A stretch of DNA of 64,000 bases from an uncultured Clostridiaceae bacterium (GTDB taxonomy: Bacteria > Bacillota > Clostridia > TANB77 > CAG-465). Position 1 is the first letter of the stretch; the number at the start of each line of letters is the position of its first letter. This document shows positions 57,340 to 64,000 of the stretch, piece after piece. The stretch is from contig CAMVON010000003.1 in NCBI GenBank assembly GCA_947169155.1, positions 5,910 through 69,909 of the forward strand. The letters run 5' to 3'. Both the position numbers and the translations under genes were made by a program. The notes beneath the pieces were generated by a model. It was not told where the DNA came from and made no database searches. It saw only the letters and a program-made list of their open reading frames with translations.

Positions 57340-58215
57340 GTGTTTTATATGATTGAGTATTTAGGTATAGATATTGGTGGAACAAACATTAGAGTTGGAG
57401 CAATAGACGAAAAAGAAAGACTTGTGTGCTTCAATTCACAAAAAACACTTGAAAATGTAAAGACAGCAAATGATTTATATAGAAAAATAAAAGAAATGGT
57501 AAAAAGTATAACAGATTATGAATCTGTTAAAAGAATTGGCGTAGGATATCCAGGTGCAATAGATGAAAAAGGAAATATTACGACATCCAGAAATATACCA
57601 GTTTTTAAAACTTTTCCGCTTAAAGAAAAATTAGAAAAAGACTTTAAAACAGAAGTAATAATAGAAAATGATGCACGAGTTGCAGCACTAGGTGAGGCTA
57701 CAAAAGGTGCAGGAAAAAATTCCAAATCTATATGCTACGTAACTATTAGTACAGGCCTTGGAGGAGGAGTAGTAATAGACAATAAAATATACAAAGGAGA
57801 TACCAATATTGCAGGATACTTTTCTCGTATGATGTTAGACTCAGAAGATATAGCAGAACATAGACTAAGTGGGACTTATCTAATCCAAAAAGCAAATAGA
57901 GAATTTTTCTTAAATGTAAATAATGTTCAAGAAATATTCTTGTTAGCAAAGAAAAATGATGCTGCAAAAAAGATACTAGAAGACTTTAAAAAATATCTAA
58001 CAATGCTTCTTTTAAATATATCAATTACTATAAATCCAGACACAATAGTAATTGGTGGTGGAATAATGAATGCTAAAAAATACTTCTTTGATGAAGTTAA
58101 AGAAAACTTTAAGAAAAAAGCTCATAGTTTTGCTAAAGAAACAAACATAGTACAAGCAAAACTAAAAGAACCTGGAATAATTGGTGCATGCCTTATGGCA
58201 AAATATAAAGAATAA
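57340..58215 (+). CDS. ROK-family sugar kinase (no N-terminal HTH)
   Basis: LGIDIGGTNIRVG ATP-binding motif; ROK-like length and glycine motifs. Confidence 0.7.
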   Translation: MFYMIEYLGIDIGGTNIRVGAIDEKERLVCFNSQKTLENVKTANDLYRKIKEMVKSITDYESVKRIGVGYPGAIDEKGNITTSRNIPVFKTFPLKEKLEKDFKTEVIIENDARVAALGEATKGAGKNSKSICYVTISTGLGGGVVIDNKIYKGDTNIAGYFSRMMLDSEDIAEHRLSGTYLIQKANREFFLNVNNVQEIFLLAKKNDAAKKILEDFKKYLTMLLLNISITINPDTIVIGGGIMNAKKYFFDEVKENFKKKAHSFAKETNIVQAKLKEPGIIGACLMAKYKE

Positions 58216-58393
58216 AAAGTGAAAAAGACTAACAAAAATGTTAGTCTTTTTTTAATGCAATTTTTAATGCAACCCGAATAAAAATAGCTATAATTATTAG
58301 TAAAAATACAATTTTAATAAAAATTAAAAGTACATTAAATCCTTGAAAATACAAGCATAAAAAAATACAAGCTAAAAGCTTGTATTAATATTC

Positions 58394-58482
58394 TGGTGGG
58401 AATGACCGGAATCGAACCGGTACGGGATTTGACTCCCGCAGGATTTTAAGTCCTGTGCGTCTGCCAGTTCCGCCACACTCCC
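58394..58482 (-). tRNA. tRNA-Leu (anticodon TAA), long variable arm, CCA encoded
   Basis: Reverse complement: acceptor GGGAGTG/CATTCCC, D arm GCGGAACTGGCAGACGC, anticodon arm CAGGA-CTTAAAA-TCCTG, long variable arm, T arm ACCGG-TTCGATT-CCGGT, ACCA. Confidence 0.85.
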
Positions 58483-58701
58483 GCTCAAGAACAACATTAT
58501 TTTAACACTTATATGTTTAATTGTCAATAGAAAAAACACATTAAATTAAATAAAATTCTAAAGTAGAATTATTTTTATGTTTAGTTGTACTTTATCTATA
58601 TTTGAAACAAATAGATTTTTTTACAGATATTTTGTCTAAAAACATTGTAAACAAAAAAAATAAGTGATATAATAACGTTTCGTGGTAAAGGAGACATTAT
58701 T

Positions 58702-59694
58702 ATGATTAAAATTCTATTTTACGATACAAAGGAATATGATAAAGAGCTATTTAATAGCTATAACAAAAAGTATAATTATGAAATAAAATACTTAGAAACA
58801 AAACTAAATCATGAAACTGCACCTCTTGCAGCAGGATATGATGCAGTATGTATATTTGTAAATGATATTGCAGATAAAGAAACATTAGAAATACTAAAGA
58901 GTTGTGGAGTAAAACTATTAGTGCTAAGATGTGCTGGATTTAACAATGTAGATATTGCACATTTACCAGAAGGATTAAAAGTTGTAAGAGTTCCAAGATA
59001 TTCACCAAATGCTGTTGCAGAACACGCAGTAGCACTTCTACTTAGTGTAGACAGAAAAATATATAAATCTTACCAAAGAACAAAAAAATATAACTTTACA
59101 TTAAATGGTCTTCTAGGTTTTGATATTCATGGAAAAACTGTTGGGGTAATTGGTACTGGTGCAATAGGTAAAGTATTTATACAAATCATGAAAGGTTTTG
59201 GAACTGAAGTAATTGCATATGATGTATATGAAGATAAAAAAGCTGAGGCTGAACTTGGATTTAAATATGTATCATTAGATGAAATTTATGAAAGATCAGA
59301 TATCATTTCTCTTCATTGCCCACTGACAAAAGATAATGAAAACATGATAGATAAAGTGGCTATGAAGAAAATGAAAAAAGGCGTAGTAATAATTAACACA
59401 AGTAGAGGTAAACTAATAAACTCAAAAGATTTAATTAAAGCATTATCTACTGAAAAAATAGGTGGAGTAGGACTTGATGTTTTTGATGATGAAGGAGATT
59501 TCTTCTTAAATGATATGTCTAATTCATATTATAGAAGTACAGAATTATCTGTTTTACTATCTATGCCAAATGTTGTAATTACTTCACATCAAGCTTTCTT
59601 TACTAAAGAGGCACTAGATAAAATTGGAGAAGTATCAATGGAAAATATTAAATCATTCTTTGAAACTGGAGAATGTGAAAACTTTGTAGAGTAA
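58702..59694 (+). CDS. ldhA: D-lactate dehydrogenase / D-isomer-specific 2-hydroxyacid dehydrogenase
   Basis: NAD-binding GVIGTGAIGKVF; catalytic Arg/Glu/His context (…NTSRGKLI…VVITSHQAF…). Confidence 0.75.
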   Translation: MIKILFYDTKEYDKELFNSYNKKYNYEIKYLETKLNHETAPLAAGYDAVCIFVNDIADKETLEILKSCGVKLLVLRCAGFNNVDIAHLPEGLKVVRVPRYSPNAVAEHAVALLLSVDRKIYKSYQRTKKYNFTLNGLLGFDIHGKTVGVIGTGAIGKVFIQIMKGFGTEVIAYDVYEDKKAEAELGFKYVSLDEIYERSDIISLHCPLTKDNENMIDKVAMKKMKKGVVIINTSRGKLINSKDLIKALSTEKIGGVGLDVFDDEGDFFLNDMSNSYYRSTELSVLLSMPNVVITSHQAFFTKEALDKIGEVSMENIKSFFETGECENFVE

Positions 59695-59721
59695 TAATTA
59701 ATATAAATTAAGTGAGTATTT

Positions 59722-59994
59722 TTACTCACTTTTTTTATTTCCAAATCCAGTTAAAATGTTAGATATAGCAGTAGAACCTAGCACAACCCCATTTACTATT
59801 ATCATAGCAGTTTGGTTTTGAATATGAGAAAAATTCTTTTGTATATAATCTCTAATACCATTTGCTGTATTAATTGCGTTGTTGCGTATTTCATTAAAAT
59901 CTGTTGCAAATTCATATTCAATTGGAGTATAGCAATATAGCACTACTTGTGCAATTCCATCTCGCATTTGAAATCTATGAGTAATTTGAATCAT
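59722..59994 (-). CDS. small hypothetical protein (weak)
   Basis: 90-aa ORF; its 3' end overlaps the terminator hairpin AAGTGAGTA…TACTCACTT + T-run that follows ldhA, so it may be spurious. Confidence 0.25.
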   Translation of the reverse strand: MIQITHRFQMRDGIAQVVLYCYTPIEYEFATDFNEIRNNAINTANGIRDYIQKNFSHIQNQTAMIIVNGVVLGSTAISNILTGFGNKKSE

Positions 59995-60081
59995 ATAATC
60001 ACCAATAATATTATTAGAAAAAAGTAGTATAAATATTCAAAAAAATATAATTTGTGATACAATATATTCGAGGTAATAATT

Positions 60082-61299
60082 ATGAAAAAGATAAAAACGA
60101 TATTAATAGCATTATTATGTGTTTTAACGTTATGCAGTGCAGTTTATGCAGATGAAATTAATTCACCATATTATGGCGTATATAATGCAGAAAATATGGA
60201 ATTACTAATTGGAGAAAATACACAAGAAAAAATTTCTATTGCAAGTATAACAAAAGTAATGACTGCAATAGTTACAATAGACAATATACAAGATGTTAAT
60301 GATAAAATAACAATTGATATGGAAAACATTTATGGAAAAGTAGATGAAGATTTAGTAACAGCGGGACTCTTAGACGAAGAAACACTAACATATTATGATT
60401 TACTTGCAACAATGCTTGTACCATCCGGAGCAGACAGTGCTGTTTATCTTCAAAATATAGTATTTGGAGATGAAAATGTATTTATAGAAAAAATGAATGA
60501 AAAAGCACAAGAAATTGGAATGTATAATACACATTTTTCTAATGTAACTGGTCTTGATGATGAAAATAACTACTCAACTATAGAAGATGTTGCAAAAATG
60601 ATGAATTATGCAAGAAATAACCAAACTTTAAAAGAAATAATGTCACTTAAGACATATACAACAAGTGATGGAAATATAACTGTAAAAAGTACAATTAGTA
60701 ATCTTTCAACTAAAGCTGGAATTACAACTCATCTAATACTTGGTGGAAAAACTGGAACAACAGGGAATGCAGGAATATGTCTTGCAAGTTTTTCTAGAGA
60801 TGAAAAAGAAGATGTAGATTTAATAGCAGTAGTTACAGGAACTAATATGTATTCATCAACTCCATACAATGTTATAGATTCAGAAAAATTATATGAAGAG
60901 GTAATAACTCATTATATATACAGGCCAATAGTATTAAAAGATGAATTATTAGTAAGACTTCCAACTCATCTTGCAAAAGAAGAAGTTATTGAGATACATG
61001 CAAAAGAAGATATAAAAAAATATCTAGCAAATGTAGATTATGATAAAGTGGATATAATTTATGAAGGCGAAGAAGTAATAGAGTATAACACAAAAGTTGG
61101 AACAAAACTTGGTACTATTACATATTACTATGATTCAAAAGAAGTAGGAAGCATGGATGTAATACTTGAGGAAGAACTTCACTTAGATATTGTAAAGTGG
61201 GCAAAAGAACATAAAAAAGAATTGGTAACTGGAGTAGTAGTATTTCTATCACTTATAGTTATAGCATTATTATTTACCAAAAAGAAAAGTAAAAGATAA
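60082..61299 (+). CDS. D-alanyl-D-alanine carboxypeptidase (S11 serine peptidase) with C-terminal membrane anchor
   Basis: Signal peptide; SIASITKVM (SxxK), KTGTT (KTG); C-terminal VVVFLSLIVIALLF TM + KKKSKR. Confidence 0.7.
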   Translation: MKKIKTILIALLCVLTLCSAVYADEINSPYYGVYNAENMELLIGENTQEKISIASITKVMTAIVTIDNIQDVNDKITIDMENIYGKVDEDLVTAGLLDEETLTYYDLLATMLVPSGADSAVYLQNIVFGDENVFIEKMNEKAQEIGMYNTHFSNVTGLDDENNYSTIEDVAKMMNYARNNQTLKEIMSLKTYTTSDGNITVKSTISNLSTKAGITTHLILGGKTGTTGNAGICLASFSRDEKEDVDLIAVVTGTNMYSSTPYNVIDSEKLYEEVITHYIYRPIVLKDELLVRLPTHLAKEEVIEIHAKEDIKKYLANVDYDKVDIIYEGEEVIEYNTKVGTKLGTITYYYDSKEVGSMDVILEEELHLDIVKWAKEHKKELVTGVVVFLSLIVIALLFTKKKSKR

Positions 61300-61352
61300 T
61301 ATTAAAAAAAGAAAATCAAAAAACAGAGTGAAAACAATCACTCTGTATTTTT

Positions 61353-62057
61353 TTATTTTATTATAACTGCACCATGGAATATGTCTGTATTCTTGTTATA
61401 AATATATACAATATTATCTTTGTAATAACATTCAACTGTATCAGCATAAGTTATTTCTCTTTTAAATACTATATTAATATTTTTAGCATTATTAAGTATT
61501 TCATCTGGTACAATCTCACTTGCAATAGATAAGTAACTTAAATTATTTACATGATGGTTTACATCTAAGTCTCTCTTCATTATTTTATACTCTAGTGAAG
61601 AATCATATTCTTCAGGCATAACAAATTTTTCTTTTAAATCATCTTCAAAAACTCTTTGTTCAACAACACCATATTTTTCTTCCATTTCATCAGGTATTTT
61701 CAATACTTTATGAGATTCTATATCTACTAGTGTCCACTTTGAGTCTGCACGAGCTATTAATTTTTCTCCAACATACATTTCAAAATTTCTTATTGAATAT
61801 AACTTTTTAGAAAATGTAGCCCATGTTTTTATAGTTATTTCATCATCATATTGTGGTCTGTCTATTATTTCAAGTCTCCAATAAAGAATAACCCAAGTAA
61901 AATGTGTAGCTTCTGTTTGAGTAATTCCAAATCCTATTTTTGTACTTGCAATATTTGCTGCTTCTTGAAACATACGTAGAAAGCCTCTATTATTCATTTT
62001 TAAATTAATTCCTATATCCTCAACAATAGGTTTTGTTTTAATTTCAAGTATTCCCAT
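61353..62057 (-). CDS. acyl-[acyl-carrier-protein] thioesterase
   Basis: DLDVNHHVNNLSYL signature of the FatA/FatB-type hotdog thioesterase; about 234 aa. Confidence 0.65.
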   Translation of the reverse strand: MGILEIKTKPIVEDIGINLKMNNRGFLRMFQEAANIASTKIGFGITQTEATHFTWVILYWRLEIIDRPQYDDEITIKTWATFSKKLYSIRNFEMYVGEKLIARADSKWTLVDIESHKVLKIPDEMEEKYGVVEQRVFEDDLKEKFVMPEEYDSSLEYKIMKRDLDVNHHVNNLSYLSIASEIVPDEILNNAKNINIVFKREITYADTVECYYKDNIVYIYNKNTDIFHGAVIIK

Positions 62058-62195
62058 AATTATAACCTCACTTTAATCTGTATTTTACCATGAAGAATAA
62101 ATATAGTAAATATATAATTAAATAATAAAAAGTCGTTTTTTTATAATTTTAACTTTACTACTCAAAATAATTATGCTATAATAATCTATGTGAGA

Positions 62196-62270
62196 GGCCC
62201 CTTGGTCAAGCGGTTAAGACGCGACCCTCTCAAGGTCGAATCATGGGTTCGATTCCCGTAGGGGTCACCA
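62196..62270 (+). tRNA. tRNA-Glu (anticodon CTC), CCA encoded
   Basis: GGCCCCT acceptor, GGTCAAGCGGTTAAGAC D arm, anticodon arm CGACC-CTCTCAA-GGTCG, T arm ATGGG-TTCGATT-CCCGT, ACCA; body closely resembles Bacillus tRNA-Glu. Confidence 0.85.
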
Positions 62271-62306
62271 AAAAAATAAAAAGCACCAATAAGGTGCTCT
62301 TTTTTT
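62271..62306. terminator. bidirectional terminator between tRNA-Glu and the convergent minus-strand gene
   Basis: A7 – AGCACC aataa GGTGCT – T7. Confidence 0.55.
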
Positions 62307-62308
62307 AT

Positions 62309-63178
62309 TTACATATATGTATCATCATCGTCAGTAAATAATATTTCATCATCCATATCATCTAACCTTGTATCTCCTGTGTCAAAATCTTGTTCTTCAA
62401 CACTTTTTTCTCTTTGGTCACGAATACATGCATTTTTATATTTTTCTATACTAAAATTACCATTTTCATCTGTAATAAATTCAAATCTTCTCTTTAAAAT
62501 GAAGATTGCTTCAACTGGGCTTAAATTAACTATAGTTTTATTACCTTTATCATCAAATGAATCAGCAGTATTACTATTTAAGACGTTATATATATAATTT
62601 AAATCTAAATCTATCTCATAAAATTTAGGAGTTATTTCTTTAATTAACTCAGAAGTTGTTAGAGATTCGTCTACAACAATACTTCTGTAGTGATACATTT
62701 GGTATAAAGCTTTTCTAATTTTATTTTCTAACAATTCTTTAGTTGACTCAATGCCATTATTTTCTTCAATGTATTTTAATGCTTCAAAGTAGTCATCAAT
62801 TGCATGAGCTGCATAATATGAAGAATTTAGAAAATAATAAAAACTATCTTCAGTTCTATAATTATTTTCATAGTCTAAAAGTTTACGTAGAGTATAGTCA
62901 CCTAATAGAATTGGTTTAACATAATTGAGCAAACCATCAACCATACAGTAGTATTCTGCAAAAATATAGCTGTTTTTAAACATTGAATCTGCTATATTTT
63001 GTATTAAAGCTTCTCTTTCAATATTAAATTTATATTTAATACCAGTTAGTTCAGCAATGTATTTTCCCATTTTAACGGCAATGTCTAAATATCTTTTATA
63101 CGATAACTTTAAGTTTTTCTCTTCTTTATAATTATTTTTATCTAATAAATTTCTAAATTCTTCAGCTCTATTTTCCAT
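62309..63178 (-). CDS. hypothetical protein with poly-Asp/Glu C-terminus
   Basis: 289 aa; ends …RLDDMDDEILFTDDDDTYM; no motif recognised. Confidence 0.45.
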   Translation of the reverse strand: MENRAEEFRNLLDKNNYKEEKNLKLSYKRYLDIAVKMGKYIAELTGIKYKFNIEREALIQNIADSMFKNSYIFAEYYCMVDGLLNYVKPILLGDYTLRKLLDYENNYRTEDSFYYFLNSSYYAAHAIDDYFEALKYIEENNGIESTKELLENKIRKALYQMYHYRSIVVDESLTTSELIKEITPKFYEIDLDLNYIYNVLNSNTADSFDDKGNKTIVNLSPVEAIFILKRRFEFITDENGNFSIEKYKNACIRDQREKSVEEQDFDTGDTRLDDMDDEILFTDDDDTYM

Positions 63179-63285
63179 GACTTACTCCTTATATGTTTAA
63201 CATTATATACTAAAATTATATATTGTGCAAAAAAATACACTAAACTTTTTAGCTTAGTGTATTATATTTTAAATTATATTTTTTG

Positions 63286-64000
63286 TTATTTTATTTCTCC
63301 TAAGAAATATTTTTTCTTACCTTTTCTAACAACAACATATTTGTCGTCTAGTGCAAGGTCTTTAGAAATAACAGTTTCAACATCAGTAACTTTATCTCCA
63401 TTGACTGTTATACTTCCAGCATTTACAAATTCTCTAGCTTCTCTTTTAGAAGTACAGATTCCATTGTTTGCTAAAAAGTCTATAATGTTTTGTTCTTCAG
63501 TAATATCTATATGATCTACTTTAGCAAAAACTTTAGAAATTAAGTTAGAAGGGATATTTTTAATATCTCCGCTAAATAATGCACGAGAGATTTCAACTGC
63601 TTTTTGGTATTCTTCTTCACCATGAATGTCTCTAATAACTTCATGAGCAAGAGTTTCTTGAGCAAGTCTTTTTTCTGGCTCTGCATTGTGTTTTGCCATT
63701 ATATCTTCAATTTCAGGTCTAGTTAAGAAAGTAAATCTCTTTAAGTAAGTTTCCATCATTGAATCTTCTAGATTAAATAGGTATTGATATAATTCGTATG
63801 CAGATGTTTTTTCTATATCTAGCCATACTGCATTTCCTTCAGATTTACCCATTTTCTTACCAGTTGAATCTGTAGCAAGAGGAATAGAAAATGCATATAC
63901 CTCGTCTCCTGTAAGTTTTCTAATTATTTCAATTCCTGTAGTTAGGTTACCCCATTGATCTGAACCACCAATTTGTAAAGTAACACCAAATTCATCATGA
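63286..64000 (-). CDS. tyrS: tyrosyl-tRNA synthetase, C-terminal two-thirds (N-terminus beyond window)
   Basis: Reverse frame is open to the window end. …GGSDQWGNLTTGIEIIRK…KMGKSEGNAVWLD (KMSKS), C-terminal S4 domain …KYVVVRKGKKKYFLGEIK. Confidence 0.85.
   Translation of the reverse strand, partial: HDEFGVTLQIGGSDQWGNLTTGIEIIRKLTGDEVYAFSIPLATDSTGKKMGKSEGNAVWLDIEKTSAYELYQYLFNLEDSMMETYLKRFTFLTRPEIEDIMAKHNAEPEKRLAQETLAHEVIRDIHGEEEYQKAVEISRALFSGDIKNIPSNLISKVFAKVDHIDITEEQNIIDFLANNGICTSKREAREFVNAGSITVNGDKVTDVETVISKDLALDDKYVVVRKGKKKYFLGEIK

Noticed and set aside
1-64000. CRISPR arrays, rRNA genes, insertion sequences/transposases
   Set aside because: Scanned for regularly spaced direct repeats, rRNA-like conserved blocks and transposase-like ORFs; none found.

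Overview
The window is AT-rich, Clostridia-like Firmicute DNA and has two parts. Part 1 (nt 1 to about 28927) is the right-hand ~29 kb of a Tn916-like integrative conjugative element (ICE). Its left end lies beyond the window. It contains a type IV secretion / conjugation module: a VirD4/TraG-like coupling protein truncated by the window edge, a VirB3-like protein, a VirB4 ATPase split into two ORFs, an M23 cell-wall hydrolase and an MT-A70 orphan adenine methyltransferase. It also contains a surface-adhesion block: a sortase, and a ~880-aa candidate thioester-domain adhesin with CnaB-type repeats and an LPRTG motif. The cargo block sits where tet(M) sits in Tn916. Its centrepiece is a two-gene candidate defence module: a PLD-nuclease/SNF2-helicase fusion (1065 aa) plus a 1237-aa gamma-class N6-adenine methyltransferase with a specificity-domain-like C-terminus. 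Next comes a regulatory block. It holds an XRE repressor, an orphan Spo0A-like response regulator with two 0A-box-like TTCGACA repeats in its upstream region, a 10-codon leader ORF, a hairpin masking the ribosome-binding site, and a sigma-70 region-4-like protein. The element ends with an excisionase-like gene and two tandem paralogous tyrosine recombinases that abut the 3' end of tRNA-Pro(TGG). Part 2 (about 29000 to 64000) is chromosomal housekeeping DNA. It carries acpS-metG-lepB-holB-ricT(yaaT)-ferredoxin, valS with a T-box leader, metK with a SAM-I riboswitch, and a radical-SAM gene. Further along are a NUDIX hydrolase, a peroxiredoxin, a divergent peptide-deformylase-like protein, a ROK kinase, D-LDH, a D-Ala-D-Ala carboxypeptidase, an acyl-ACP thioesterase, tRNA-Leu(TAA), tRNA-Glu(CTC) and the 3' part of tyrS. 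It also has a tandem array of paralogous two-gene modules of unknown function (40.4 to 45.1 kb) and a degenerate tRNA-like element. No CRISPR array or rRNA was seen. All functional calls rest on motifs read by eye from the translations; no database search was possible.
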